Source: an uncultured Nitrosomonas sp. (lineage in GTDB: Bacteria; Pseudomonadota; Gammaproteobacteria; Burkholderiales; Nitrosomonadaceae). From it: 35,563 nt of DNA. The DNA lies in contig CAYNXU010000001.1 in assembly GCA_964401225.1 (NCBI GenBank), positions 1,218 to 36,780 on the forward strand. Direction: 5' to 3'. A model generated the notes under the pieces. The model was not told the DNA's origin. It made no database searches and saw only the letters and a program-made list of their open reading frames with translations. The translations under genes were made by a program, and so were the position numbers. Below, one piece after another: positions 1 to 10,288 of this stretch. Numbering within the stretch: the stretch's first letter is position 1; each line of letters begins with the position of its first letter.

Positions 1-1268
1 CTGAATCCTCCACAGGAACCTGGACGACGGTATGGACTGACCTGCTGACTGACCTGGATTACTACAAAGGCCGCGCTTACCACATTGAAGATGTACCTGG
101 TGATGATACCTGTTTTTATGCATTTATTGCTTACCCGATAGATCTGTTCGAAGAGGGTTCTGTAGTCAACGTATTTACCTCATTGGTGGGTAATGTATTT
201 GGCTTTAAGGCTATTCGCGGTCTGCGCCTGGAAGATGTACGTTTTCCTATTGCCTACGTCAAAACATGTGGTGGACCTCCCCACGGTATTCAAGTTGAAC
301 GCGACATGCTCAATAAATATGGGCGTGCGTTGCTGGGTTGCACTATCAAACCTAAGTTGGGCCTTTCTGCTAAGAATTATGGTCGTGCGGTCTACGAATG
401 CCTGCGTGGTGGTTTAGACCTTACTAAAGATGACGAAAACGTCAACAGCCAACCTTTCATGCGCTGGCGCCAACGTTTTGATTTTGTGATGGAAGCCATT
501 CACAAAGCAGAACGCGAAACCGGTGAACGTAAAGGGCACTATCTGAACGTCACCGCACCCACCCCGGAAGAAATGTACAAACGTGCCGAATACGCCAAGG
601 AAATCGGCGCACCGATCATCATGCATGACTATATTACTGGTGGTTTCTGTGCGAACACAGGTCTGGCGAACTGGTGCCGTGACAACGGTATTCTGTTGCA
701 TATCCACCGTGCCATGCACGCGGTACTTGATCGCAACCCGCATCATGGTATCCATTTCCGCGTGTTAGCCAAAATTCTGCGCTTATCCGGTGGTGATCAT
801 CTCCATTCTGGTACTGTAGTAGGTAAGCTGGAAGGTGATCGTGAAGCAACTTTGGGTTGGATTGATCTAATGCGCGAAAGCTTTATCAAGGAAGATCGCA
901 ACCGTGGGATTTTCTTCGATCAAGATTGGGGTTCAATGCCTGGCGTATTCCCGGTTGCATCCGGTGGAATTCATGTCTGGCACATGCCTGCGCTCGTTGC
1001 CATCTTTGGTGATGATGCTTGTTTACAATTTGGTGGCGGCACGCTCGGTCATCCATGGGGTAATGCAGCCGGCGCTGCAGCTAACCGTGTTGCACTGGAA
1101 GCTTGCGTAGAAGCGCGCAACCAAGGTGTGCAAATAGAGAAAGAAGGTAAAGCTATACTCACCAAGGCAGCCAAACACAGCCCGGAACTCAAGATTGCTA
1201 TGGAAACATGGAAAGAAATCAAGTTTGAGTTTGATACTGTGGACAAATTGGACGTAGCGCATAAATAA
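1..1268 (+). CDS. cbbL: RuBisCO large subunit, Form IA (5' end outside window)
   Basis: Frame is open from position 3 ([13 protein letters not shown]). Contains [11 protein letters not shown], catalytic [11 protein letters not shown], loop-6 [19 protein letters not shown] and a green-type C-terminus [10 protein letters not shown]. Confidence 0.99.
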   Translation, partial: ESSTGTWTTVWTDLLTDLDYYKGRAYHIEDVPGDDTCFYAFIAYPIDLFEEGSVVNVFTSLVGNVFGFKAIRGLRLEDVRFPIAYVKTCGGPPHGIQVERDMLNKYGRALLGCTIKPKLGLSAKNYGRAVYECLRGGLDLTKDDENVNSQPFMRWRQRFDFVMEAIHKAERETGERKGHYLNVTAPTPEEMYKRAEYAKEIGAPIIMHDYITGGFCANTGLANWCRDNGILLHIHRAMHAVLDRNPHHGIHFRVLAKILRLSGGDHLHSGTVVGKLEGDREATLGWIDLMRESFIKEDRNRGIFFDQDWGSMPGVFPVASGGIHVWHMPALVAIFGDDACLQFGGGTLGHPWGNAAGAAANRVALEACVEARNQGVQIEKEGKAILTKAAKHSPELKIAMETWKEIKFEFDTVDKLDVAHK

Positions 1269-1277
1269 CCAACTTAC

Positions 1278-1304
1278 TTCTCTGAATCAAAAAGATTCAG
1301 AGAA
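1278..1304 (+). other. Intercistronic hairpin between cbbL and cbbS
   Basis: Perfect 11-bp stem TTCTCTGAATC/GATTCAGAGAA with a 5-nt loop. No U-tract, so more likely an mRNA stability/processing element than a terminator. Confidence 0.6.
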
Positions 1305-1329
1305 ACATTCACCGATTTAGGAGTTATCA

Positions 1330-1686
1330 ATGTCTGAAATGATTGACTACAAAAGCCGTCTAAGTGATCCAGCTAGCCGGAAATTTGAAACATTCTCTTA
1401 CTTGCCCTCGATGAGTAAGGAACAAATCAGGAAACAAGTCGAATATATCGTGAGCAAAGGGTGGAATCCTGCAGTAGAACATACTGAGCCAGAGTATCTC
1501 ATGAGCAACTACTGGTATATGTGGAAACTGCCTATGTTCGGTGAAACCGATGTGGAGCGCATCCTTAAGGAAGCCGAAGCATGCCATAAAGCCAACCCCA
1601 ATAACCATGTTCGCCTGGTTGGCTATGATAATTTCGCACAAAGTCAAGGTACAGCGATGGTCATTTATCGCGGCAAGACTGTTTAA
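1330..1686 (+). CDS. cbbS: RuBisCO small subunit (Form IA, non-carboxysomal type)
   Basis: [30 protein letters not shown]; AGGAG RBS upstream. Confidence 0.99.
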   Translation: MSEMIDYKSRLSDPASRKFETFSYLPSMSKEQIRKQVEYIVSKGWNPAVEHTEPEYLMSNYWYMWKLPMFGETDVERILKEAEACHKANPNNHVRLVGYDNFAQSQGTAMVIYRGKTV

Positions 1687-1718
1687 TTACGCAGCACGGG
1701 ACATTTGCTTCCACCTGC

Positions 1719-1753
1719 CCCCGTTGCTGCAAAGTAACGGGGTTTTTTGTTTT
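1719..1753 (+). terminator. Intrinsic terminator/attenuator after cbbS
   Basis: CCCCGTTGCT-GCAA-AGTAACGGGG stem (one G-U pair) followed by TTTTTTGTTTT. Would lower cbbQO expression relative to cbbLS. Confidence 0.8.
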
Positions 1754-1809
1754 ATGTGGAATTATTAAAAATATCATCTACGCCTTACGAGTTAATGCTG
1801 GAGAACAAA

Positions 1810-2613
1810 ATGAGCGACGCTATTAAGCAATATTTGATCAAAAATCAACCTTATTATCACCCTGTAGCTGATGAAGTTGCGCTGTATGAGGCAGCCTATT
1901 CGGCTCGCATACCTATGATGCTGAAAGGACCAACGGGTTGTGGTAAAACTCGTTTTGTCGAATTTATGGCTTGGAAACTCAAAAAGCCGCTTATTACAGT
2001 TGCCTGTAATGAAGATATGACCGCTTCCGATTTAGTAGGCAGATTCCTGCTGGATGCGCAAGGCACGCGTTGGCAAGATGGGCCATTGACAACCGCCGCC
2101 CGCTATGGCGCGATTTGTTATTTGGACGAAGTTGTCGAAGCACGACAAGATACTACAGTCGTCATTCATCCCTTGACTGACAATCGTCGAATATTGCCTC
2201 TGGAGAAGAAAGGTGAACTGATCCAAGCCCATGCCGATTTTCAGCTGGTGATTTCCTACAATCCTGGCTATCAGAGTTTGATGAAAGATTTGAAACAATC
2301 GACGAAGCAACGTTTTGGTGCATTGGATTTCAATTATCCTGATCATGATACTGAAACCGAGATTGTGTCTCATGAAACGGGTATTGAGAAAACAACTGCC
2401 GATAAGCTGGTTTCGATCGCAGAACGCGCACGGAACTTAAAAGGTCATGGATTGGATGAAGGCATCTCTACGCGGATGTTGATCTATGCTGGCAATCTAA
2501 TTGCCAAAGGTGTTGATGCCCACGCTGCATGTCGAGTTGCACTGGTTCGCCCCATTACAGATGATCCCGATATGCGTGACGCCCTTGATGCGGCTGTGGC
2601 TACTTTTTTCTAG
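1810..2613 (+). CDS. cbbQ: CbbQ AAA+ ATPase (RuBisCO activase, MoxR/NirQ family)
   Basis: Walker A GPTGCGKT, Walker B CYLDEVVEAR, GLDEGISTR. Start moved to ATG 1810, which has a GGAG RBS. Confidence 0.97.
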   Translation: MSDAIKQYLIKNQPYYHPVADEVALYEAAYSARIPMMLKGPTGCGKTRFVEFMAWKLKKPLITVACNEDMTASDLVGRFLLDAQGTRWQDGPLTTAARYGAICYLDEVVEARQDTTVVIHPLTDNRRILPLEKKGELIQAHADFQLVISYNPGYQSLMKDLKQSTKQRFGALDFNYPDHDTETEIVSHETGIEKTTADKLVSIAERARNLKGHGLDEGISTRMLIYAGNLIAKGVDAHAACRVALVRPITDDPDMRDALDAAVATFF

Positions 2614-2653
2614 GCAGAATTTTTCTTTAGACCCATTCAGATAAAGGTACGGT

Positions 2654-4981
2654 ATGAGCGTTAACCTAGCTGACTACACAGAATTATTGGAATCGTTATC
2701 ACCTGAATCCAAGTCATTGCTTGAAAACACCTGGCATGACGCTATTCGCGTGTTTTCGCCTCGTGGTTTGGATAATTACCTGAAAGGTGCGTCCGCTCTG
2801 CAAGGACTTGGACGTGGTCGTGCATTGGTGGATACTTGGATCGACGAAATCCCCCTTGTTGCCAAGGAAGTCGGTGAAGATGTCGTTAGTGACCTCGCTA
2901 CCACAGCGTTAGTGCTTGCTTCTAAAACTTCCGGGGCAGTTATTGAGCTCATTCTTGCCACTGCGGCGACGGCTGCCAAGAGACTCGGTGATGCGGATTT
3001 ATTCCGTAATTATCTTCAGTTTCTCAATACCCTCGTTGCCCAGGCACCACGCGGTATTCGGCCGATGCTGGATAAACTCGACGTTTTACTGGGCCAGCTA
3101 ACACTGGGTGGCTTACGCCGCTGGGCGTTATGGGGTGCGCATGCCCATCGCACGAACTATGAAGAGCAGATCAAATATTTTGGATTAAATTCGAAGGAAT
3201 CACTGGCGGTTCTCCAAAAAGAAAGGAAAGGCACGCTATTCGTCGATATCCAGCGGCGTATTAATATTTATTTACGTGCATTATGGGCAAGGGATTTTTT
3301 TATGCGCCCTACTTCGGGAGACTTTGAAACACGCCAAGGCTACCGGCCCTATATCGAAGGATATATTATCCATTTACCCGATGCCTATGATGCGCATGAT
3401 GACATCGCTGCCAGTGAAGTTTATCGCGCAGCGGCTGCACATGCGGCTGCACATCTAGTCGAAACGAAATTCCCTATTTCCGCAGAAGCGCTGAATCCGT
3501 TACAGATGGCCGTTATTTCGGTTATTGAGGATGCAAGAGTAGAGGCACTTTCGATTCGGCGTTTCCCAGGTTTACGCCATATTTGGTCTATTCTGCATGA
3601 TGCAACTCCCGCGATGAACACCACGATTGGCGATTATCTTAATCGCTTGGCGCGCGCATTGCTTGATCCCGCCTATGAAGATGAAGATGATTGGATTATT
3701 AGAGGCCGGTCGTTATTTACGCAAGCACTCGATCGCTTGGAAAGCAACCAAGTTTCATGGGAGATCGGTGTCGAGCTTGCTCATAAGATCATGGATAAGA
3801 AAATCGCATTCAATCCTCGCACAGATATCCTGACAGCGCCCTATCTGGATGATAATCGTTATTTCTGGGAATTTGCAGAATTTGACTTTGAACGCTCGCT
3901 TACTGCAGGCTACGATGAGCCCAAGCAAATACGCAAGTACGTGAACGTCATGGAATTGGCTAATGAGGTTGAAGTCGAAACCGCCGGTGATGATGCGCAA
4001 GAAATCTGGGTAATGAGCACTGAATTCTTTCCTTATGAAGATAACGGTGTTTCCTACAATGAGCTTGAAGGCAAAGAACCCGTTTCACCTCCCTATCATT
4101 ACTCTGAATGGGATTACCAAATTCAGCTCGAACGTCCAAGCTGGGTAACGGTTCAGGAAAAACGCGCTAAATCGGGTGATATTCAATTAATTGATAACAT
4201 TGCGGCACAATATAAACGTGAAATTTCCCGGATGAAATTCTTGCTCGATGCGATGCAGCCCCAAGGGGTACAGCGTATCCGCAAGCTCGAGGATGGCGAT
4301 GAGATCGACATCAATGCTGCAATTCATTCCACCATTGACATTCGCATGGGATTGCAGCCCGATCCCCGCTTCATGATGCGCTCTGTTCGCAAGATTCGAG
4401 ATATATCAGTCCTCGTGTTGCTTGACATGTCCGAATCCACAAATGATCCGGTTTCCGGGCAGGAATTCTCGGTATTGGACTTGACACGTCAAGCGACAGT
4501 ATTGCTCGCCGATGCCATTAACAAAATCGGCGACCCTTTTGCGATTCATGGATTTTGTTCTGATGGGCGACATGATGTGGAATATTATCGCTACAAGGAT
4601 TTTAATCAGCCGTACAATGAGGCTCCTAAGGCCAAGCTAGCGGGCATGACCGGGCAATTATCGACCCGCATGGGCGCTGCCATTCGCCATGCCAGCCACT
4701 ACCTGAAATTACAGCGATCCAGCAAAAAACTACTTTTGATTATCACCGATGGAGAACCTGCCGATATTGATGTGCGCGATCCACAATATCTACGCTATGA
4801 TACGAAAAAAGCAGTAGAAGAAGCTGGACGATCGGGCATTGTTACCTATTGTATGAGTCTGGATCCACGTGCAGATCAATATGTTTCACGTATTTTCGGT
4901 GCGCGCAACTATATGGTGGTTGATCATGTAGAAAGATTGCCTGAAAAATTACCCATGCTTTACGCAGGCTTAACCCGCTGA
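2654..4981 (+). CDS. cbbO: CbbO von Willebrand factor A adaptor of RuBisCO activase
   Basis: C-terminal VWA domain with MIDAS DMSES, STRMGAAIRHA and ITDGEP; follows cbbQ. Confidence 0.96.
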   Translation: MSVNLADYTELLESLSPESKSLLENTWHDAIRVFSPRGLDNYLKGASALQGLGRGRALVDTWIDEIPLVAKEVGEDVVSDLATTALVLASKTSGAVIELILATAATAAKRLGDADLFRNYLQFLNTLVAQAPRGIRPMLDKLDVLLGQLTLGGLRRWALWGAHAHRTNYEEQIKYFGLNSKESLAVLQKERKGTLFVDIQRRINIYLRALWARDFFMRPTSGDFETRQGYRPYIEGYIIHLPDAYDAHDDIAASEVYRAAAAHAAAHLVETKFPISAEALNPLQMAVISVIEDARVEALSIRRFPGLRHIWSILHDATPAMNTTIGDYLNRLARALLDPAYEDEDDWIIRGRSLFTQALDRLESNQVSWEIGVELAHKIMDKKIAFNPRTDILTAPYLDDNRYFWEFAEFDFERSLTAGYDEPKQIRKYVNVMELANEVEVETAGDDAQEIWVMSTEFFPYEDNGVSYNELEGKEPVSPPYHYSEWDYQIQLERPSWVTVQEKRAKSGDIQLIDNIAAQYKREISRMKFLLDAMQPQGVQRIRKLEDGDEIDINAAIHSTIDIRMGLQPDPRFMMRSVRKIRDISVLVLLDMSESTNDPVSGQEFSVLDLTRQATVLLADAINKIGDPFAIHGFCSDGRHDVEYYRYKDFNQPYNEAPKAKLAGMTGQLSTRMGAAIRHASHYLKLQRSSKKLLLIITDGEPADIDVRDPQYLRYDTKKAVEEAGRSGIVTYCMSLDPRADQYVSRIFGARNYMVVDHVERLPEKLPMLYAGLTR

Positions 4982-5020
4982 TTCTTTATTAACTGAGGGT
5001 CACGTTTTTTTATAAATACG

Positions 5021-5323
5021 ATGAAAGAACAAACTTACGTAGGAATTCATGAAGATAACGATGGTGGGCTGACGCATCTTGGACGTATTGTCATCGATGC
5101 CTGGATCTTCGGTATTCTACCTGAATCAGAAACGTGTGCTGGTTGGAGCCATTCTCAAATGCAAAATTTGTATGAGAAAGTCTATGCAGCCTGGGAACCC
5201 TTTGCACATCTACCTAGCCGTTTACCAGCTGATTTACAACGGCGACATACACGGTTTTACGCACAAGTGATCGATACTGCAAAAAGTAAAGGGTGGAGTG
5301 CAGAGTTAGATGAAGATGATTGA
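5021..5323 (+). CDS. Hypothetical protein (100 aa), likely co-transcribed with cbbQO
   Basis: 39 nt after cbbO on the same strand; protein-like composition with an acidic C-terminus (ELDEDD). Confidence 0.8.
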   Translation: MKEQTYVGIHEDNDGGLTHLGRIVIDAWIFGILPESETCAGWSHSQMQNLYEKVYAAWEPFAHLPSRLPADLQRRHTRFYAQVIDTAKSKGWSAELDEDD

Positions 5324-5340
5324 GCACTAATTTACGCTTC

Positions 5341-5432
5341 GCACCTCAAAATTCGGCATCGATACCTTCTCCCGCTGGGAGAAGGTTGAATGATGGATGA
5401 TAAAAACCGAATTTTGAGACGCGATGAGTATA
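5341..5432. repeat. Nested inverted-repeat element (REP/MITE-like)
   Basis: Outer IR CTCAAAATTCGG (5345-5356) / CCGAATTTTGAG (5407-5418) encloses hairpin CCTTCTCCC-GCT-GGGAGAAGG (5365-5385). 5397-5432 matches 30071-30106 at 33/36 nt. Confidence 0.8.
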
Positions 5433-5481
5433 AAAATTATTTTTTATTGGTGCTCTACCCATGTTTGGGTTTTATAACGTC

Positions 5482-5892
5482 TCATCGGCCATTGACTGCA
5501 GGAAATTTGATTACCTGGGCAGGCGCCTTGGGCACTTGTTTATCTGCCAGTAATTTTAGTGCCTTAGGGAATTCCTTCTGAAGTCGTAGCATCATATCCG
5601 CTTGATTCTCTCTATAATAAACTACCTCATAGACTACCGGATCACTTAATTGGGTACGTGCTTGTGATTGAAAATTTTGCCAGGCAATATCAACCCAGCA
5701 TCTGCGTTCACCATCGATAAAAACGAATTCCTTCTTATCCAAGATAGCCAAATACTGCATCGACCGGATGGGAACAAACAGGTGCCCGGTTGAGCAGCGA
5801 GCAAGCAATTGTAATGCCAGGTTATAGGTACTGGCGGGAAGAGAACGTGGTTCCCGCATGATTTCAGGATCGCGATAACAGGTAATCTCCAT
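5482..5892 (-). CDS. Hypothetical protein (136 aa)
   Basis: ATG at 5892 with AAGGAGA RBS 8 nt upstream; conserved-looking core FVPIRSMQYLAILD. Confidence 0.8.
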   Translation of the reverse strand: MEITCYRDPEIMREPRSLPASTYNLALQLLARCSTGHLFVPIRSMQYLAILDKKEFVFIDGERRCWVDIAWQNFQSQARTQLSDPVVYEVVYYRENQADMMLRLQKEFPKALKLLADKQVPKAPAQVIKFPAVNGR

Positions 5893-5947
5893 TTGCAATT
5901 TCTCCTTCTATAATTTTTTCTTGCGACTTATAAAAAACTATTAGCCC

Positions 5948-7768
5948 ATGCGCGCCACACGCTTGAATAAACCTCCCGCCCGCCGAAATGACTGGAAAAC
6001 CATTCGCTCCCTTCTGCCTTATTTATGGGAATTCAAAGGCAGAGTCATTATCGCCTTAATGTTACTGCTACTCGCCAAACTTGCCAATGTCAGCGTACCT
6101 TTAATTCTAAAAGAAATAATCGATGCGCTGGATCAGCCTAAAGCCCTCGTCGTGCTGCCAGTATCTCTCTTGATCGCATATGGCATTTTACGCTTCTGCA
6201 GTACCTTATTCGGTGAACTTCGTGACGCCGTATTTGCAAAAGTCACACAACGCGCTATCCGACGGGTGGCGATTCAGGTCTTTGGGCATTTGCACACGCT
6301 ATCCCTACGATTTCACTTAACACGTCAAACAGGCGGAGTATCGCGTGATATCGAACGTGGTTCACGTGGAATATCGTTCTTATTGAATTTTATGCTATTC
6401 AACATACTACCCACTTTATTAGAGATCGGGTTAGTTATGGTGATTCTGATCAGCCGTTATGATATTTGGTTTTTCATCATTACCTTCATTACCTTGCTTG
6501 CCTATATTGCACTGACACTTGTTGTCACTGAGTGGCGCATGATCTTTCGACGCACGATGAATGACATGGATTCCAAGGCCAATACACGCGCAATAGACAG
6601 CTTGTTAAACTATGAAACCGTTAAATATTTCGGTAACGAAGCATGGGAAACACGGCGATATGATGAGCATCTGCAACAATGGGAAAAAGCCGCCGTACGC
6701 AATCAGACTTCTTTAGCAACACTGAATATCGGGCAAAGCGCCATCATTGCCATCGGTGTCACCTTATTGATGCTATTGGCAGCTGATAAGGTCGTTAGTG
6801 GAGAAATGTCATTAGGTGATCTGGTGCTCGTTAACGCTTTCTTGTTACAACTATATCTGCCCTTACATTTCCTTGGTTTCGTTTATCGCGAGATAAAGCA
6901 TTCATTGGCCGATATGGAAAAAATGTTCAACCTGCTACATGAACATCGAGAAATAACTGACCGTTCGGATGCTGCCAGGCTCAATGTAGATCACGCAACG
7001 ATAACTTTTGAACATGTCAATTTTAGCTACGAAAGCAACCGTCAAATATTGTTCGATGTAAGCTTCAACATCCCCGCAGGAAATACCGTTGCAGTAGTCG
7101 GTCATAGTGGATCGGGCAAATCGACACTCGCTCGCTTACTTTTTCGTTTTTATGATGTGACTGACGGTAGAATCCTTATCAATGGGCACGATTTGCGTGA
7201 TGTGACACAAGAAAGCCTAAGAGCCATCATTGGAATCGTGCCACAAGATACCGTACTTTTTAATGACAGCATCTATTACAACATAGCCTATGGGCGACCT
7301 GAGGCCACTCATGATGAAATCCTTGCTGCCGCCAAGTCAGCACATATCCATGAATTTATTGAAAGCCTACCCGAGAAATATGAAACACAAGTCGGCGAAA
7401 GAGGCTTAAAACTTTCTGGAGGAGAAAAGCAGCGCATTGCCATTGCGCGTGCCATCCTTAAAAAACCTAAGGTTCTGATTTTTGATGAAGCAACTTCTGC
7501 ACTAGATACCAGAACAGAGCAAAGTATACAAAAAGAATTGAAACAATTAGCCATCAACCGCACTACACTCGTGATTGCGCATCGACTTTCCACTATTATC
7601 GATGCAGATCAAATCTTAGTCATGGATAACGGTCACATCATAGAACGCGGTAATCACACACAGTTGTTGGCAAGAAACGGTATTTATGCACAAATGTGGG
7701 AGCTTCAACAGCACGAAGAATCCACATTAACTCACATGGTGCACAGCAAGCCAATTAACAATGGCTGA
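5948..7768 (+). CDS. ABC half-transporter, fused permease/ATPase, ATM1/ABCB7/HMT1-like
   Basis: Six-TM domain with Atm1-type motifs (LSLRFHL.RQTGG, DSLLNYETVKYF, PLHFLGFVYREI). Walker A GHSGSGKS, signature LSGGEKQR, Walker B IFDEATSALD. Confidence 0.92.
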   Translation: MRATRLNKPPARRNDWKTIRSLLPYLWEFKGRVIIALMLLLLAKLANVSVPLILKEIIDALDQPKALVVLPVSLLIAYGILRFCSTLFGELRDAVFAKVTQRAIRRVAIQVFGHLHTLSLRFHLTRQTGGVSRDIERGSRGISFLLNFMLFNILPTLLEIGLVMVILISRYDIWFFIITFITLLAYIALTLVVTEWRMIFRRTMNDMDSKANTRAIDSLLNYETVKYFGNEAWETRRYDEHLQQWEKAAVRNQTSLATLNIGQSAIIAIGVTLLMLLAADKVVSGEMSLGDLVLVNAFLLQLYLPLHFLGFVYREIKHSLADMEKMFNLLHEHREITDRSDAARLNVDHATITFEHVNFSYESNRQILFDVSFNIPAGNTVAVVGHSGSGKSTLARLLFRFYDVTDGRILINGHDLRDVTQESLRAIIGIVPQDTVLFNDSIYYNIAYGRPEATHDEILAAAKSAHIHEFIESLPEKYETQVGERGLKLSGGEKQRIAIARAILKKPKVLIFDEATSALDTRTEQSIQKELKQLAINRTTLVIAHRLSTIIDADQILVMDNGHIIERGNHTQLLARNGIYAQMWELQQHEESTLTHMVHSKPINNG

Positions 7769-7820
7769 TGGACATCTCCACAATAAAAGATATTGAATCA
7801 TATTTTGTTTTATTTGCTAA

Positions 7821-9167
7821 TTAATTAATGCGTCCATCATCCATAAATTTCGCGAGATACTTTCTGATAACAGTTTTACTTGGTATTTTATCTGCTTGAT
7901 TTAGAACAATATAATTAACAATACCATGTACTGCTAGCGCAATTAGTAATCCTTCAAAAATCCCCAGTTGAAAAACCAGCAAAGCGCAAAGTAAAGCGAG
8001 AATTAATGCGTACTGGCCATGATAGGCAACAAATATTAGTCCTGCGATCATCTTCCAGCCAGTAAAGATCATGATGACTGCTAGTGAAAACTTAGGCAAG
8101 TACTCTAGATATTGTGAATAAACCACGAAGAATGCAACGACACAACCAATAATTAATACAGAGAATTTGGTCATAGCGCCAGCAAGCTTATTGGTAGTAC
8201 TTTTTGCCAAACCATCAAGATTAGTCATTCCACCAAAGAAACTTGCACCCATATTAGCTATCCAGATAGCCAATAAACTGTTATTGGTATTACATTTACG
8301 TTTTAGTGGGTCAATTTTTTCGATGGCTGCATTGCTCATCACTTGCTCTATTACATCAATTATTGCAAGCATAGCGGCAAAACCGATGATATACACTATG
8401 ATTAAAGTATTGTCAAAATGCGGTAGCGGCAAAGCCAATTTAAGATTGATATCATCGACATGAAGCATGGACAGCGGCATGAGCTGTGCCATCAAGATAC
8501 TTAGTCCAATTAATACGAAATAGGGAATAGCGGGTTTAGTGCTTTTGAATTTAGCAAAAAGATACAAAAATAGAATGGCACCAGTGAATGATAATAAACA
8601 AACTTGTATACGCGCACTATTCCAGAATAACTCGGTAGATTCATAATCAGCAGGAATTTCATAAGTAAATTCAAAAAATTTTATAGCAATTTTTAGCCCA
8701 ACTCCTGCAAGCAATCCTTCCACAAGGTAAGCTGGAACTGCAATCAGAATATATCTTTGCCAATTAAATTTCCAGATTAATGCTTGCATAAAAGCGGTTA
8801 GGAAAATAACAAACGCCATATTTTCCATACCAAAACTATCTACGCCGAGTGCCAATACCGGCGCAAGACCAGCCGCAACACCCGGGGCACCAATATAGTT
8901 GCCTGGTTTAAACCATGCATTGATCCAGCCAATCAGACAGGCAAAAGCCACTGTTGCCAGCGCAACTTTAATCGGATAATGAGACATTAAAGCAATGCCG
9001 ACTGATAAGGGAATTGCCATTGCACCAGTAATGATGCCCGCCTGAATATCACGGACAAAATATTTCGATTGGAATGCTGCCGAACCTGGATAAGTTGCTG
9101 TAACCGTATCCCTACTTTCCTCATTATCAGGTAAGTTTGGTGATTTATTAGAATTCATAGAAGTCAT
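7821..9167 (-). CDS. SulP/SLC26-family anion (probable bicarbonate) permease lacking a STAS domain, paralog A
   Basis: RDIQAGIITGAMAIPLSVGIA N-terminal SulP motif and ASFFGGM...AKSTTN TM10-like region; ends soon after the TM core. Start placed at ATG 9167 (GGAGA RBS 9 nt upstream). Confidence 0.85.
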   Translation of the reverse strand: MTSMNSNKSPNLPDNEESRDTVTATYPGSAAFQSKYFVRDIQAGIITGAMAIPLSVGIALMSHYPIKVALATVAFACLIGWINAWFKPGNYIGAPGVAAGLAPVLALGVDSFGMENMAFVIFLTAFMQALIWKFNWQRYILIAVPAYLVEGLLAGVGLKIAIKFFEFTYEIPADYESTELFWNSARIQVCLLSFTGAILFLYLFAKFKSTKPAIPYFVLIGLSILMAQLMPLSMLHVDDINLKLALPLPHFDNTLIIVYIIGFAAMLAIIDVIEQVMSNAAIEKIDPLKRKCNTNNSLLAIWIANMGASFFGGMTNLDGLAKSTTNKLAGAMTKFSVLIIGCVVAFFVVYSQYLEYLPKFSLAVIMIFTGWKMIAGLIFVAYHGQYALILALLCALLVFQLGIFEGLLIALAVHGIVNYIVLNQADKIPSKTVIRKYLAKFMDDGRIN

Positions 9168-9925
9168 ATGCAACATTCTCCATATTTAAAAAGATATGTG
9201 AATCAGCGTAACTAAAATAATCAAGGTGATACGTTTTAACCCAAGTCGGAAACCACGAGAAAGCTGTCCGCAATAGATCAGTCACGCACAGCCACCCAGG
9301 TATATTCAGCGTGATCACAATTAATGGCGGATTTCAAAGGAACTGAAAGATTTTACTTATAAGAGATTTTTACGTTTCTATTTCCCGCATCCGTGACCAG
9401 GCGAAGTATAATTCCAGTGCTATAAAAATAACAGGCGTGCAGTTTCTTAAGAGATAAATCGTATCCTTCATATCCACGCATTGTGCTTCGCAAAATAATT
9501 TAGCCGGATTGAGTAAGCTTCACAGACAGTTAGATACGCACTAAGCGCGCTAATTCATCCCACAATGATCTATCCTCTGCCTTCAATATCGATTGCGGCT
9601 TATTCCAACTCCCAATTGACAAGTAAAAATTACCCTAAAAGGTATTCATTCTGATGTGCACTTAAATATGTGCTCCTTGTAGCTAACTACGGAGTATTAA
9701 TCAAGTTTTTAAAATTAATGTTTTTTTTAAACAACCTACGCCATAAAAAGGGAATTGAACCAATAAGTCTGCATAAAAGTTGGATTGGTTAACCTACAAT
9801 TGTAATATGGATAACAGAGATATAAGATCAAACGACAGCAATATCGAGTAATACATTTAGCATCAGAAGCAAATATCAACTAATAATATTGTCACGCTCA
9901 ATTCAAAAAGTAGTAGATGGAATTC

Positions 9926-10067
9926 AGGGTGCTTCTAGAAATTATGAGTTTTCAACAAGACCGGGCGTGATCAAAAAATGTTGACGCAGCATATGAATGT
10001 TATGTGGGAAATTTATTTTGTGAACAACAATGTTTTGTGACGAAATACGAATTTTTAAAGGGGCCCT
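9926..10067. mobile_element. MITE-like element (~142 bp) with imperfect terminal inverted repeats
   Basis: AGGGTGCTTCTAGAAATT (9926-9943) vs AATTTTTAAAGGGGCCCT (10050-10067): 13/18 Watson-Crick, 16/18 with G-U. Central CATAT...ATGTG hairpin; no ORF. Confidence 0.55.
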
Positions 10068-10140
10068 TCATTTATATGATCTACTGCTGACCAATTTTCT
10101 GTCTCTAGTTGATGGAACTGCTAGCTTATTTATTCGTTTT

Positions 10141-10182
10141 GAAAAAAAATCGTCACGCATGCTTAATGAATGCGTGACGATT
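10141..10182 (-). terminator. Intrinsic terminator downstream of the 24-aa small ORF
   Basis: Perfect 13-bp stem AATCGTCACGCAT/ATGCGTGACGATT with a 9-nt loop, ending in a run of 8 U on the minus strand. Confidence 0.8.
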
Positions 10183-10213
10183 ATTTTAATAAATTATCAA
10201 CTATTTTTATTAA

Positions 10214-10288
10214 TTAAGATATCCATTCGAAAATACTCAGCATTAGAAGAATTATTAATATAATAAAATATCCTTTTGATAATTTCAT
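10214..10288 (-). CDS. Putative small single-TM protein, 24 aa: MKLSKGYFIILIILLMLSIFEWIS
   Basis: Hand-translated (below the ORF-track cutoff). AAAGGAG RBS 7 nt before ATG, basic N-terminus plus hydrophobic stretch, terminator ~30 nt after the stop. Confidence 0.6.
   Translation of the reverse strand: MKLSKGYFIILIILLMLSIFEWIS

Noticed and set aside
9240-9690. Possible decayed gene on the minus strand (orphan AAGGAG near 9675; interrupted frame ...KPQSILKAEDRSLWDELARLVRI*...)
   Set aside because: No suitable start codon, multiple stops and no recognisable family; it cannot be supported without a homology search.
10030-10263. 77-aa plus-strand ORF from the track
   Set aside because: It starts inside a MITE-like repeat, has no RBS, crosses a terminator and is antisense to the better-supported 24-aa ORF.
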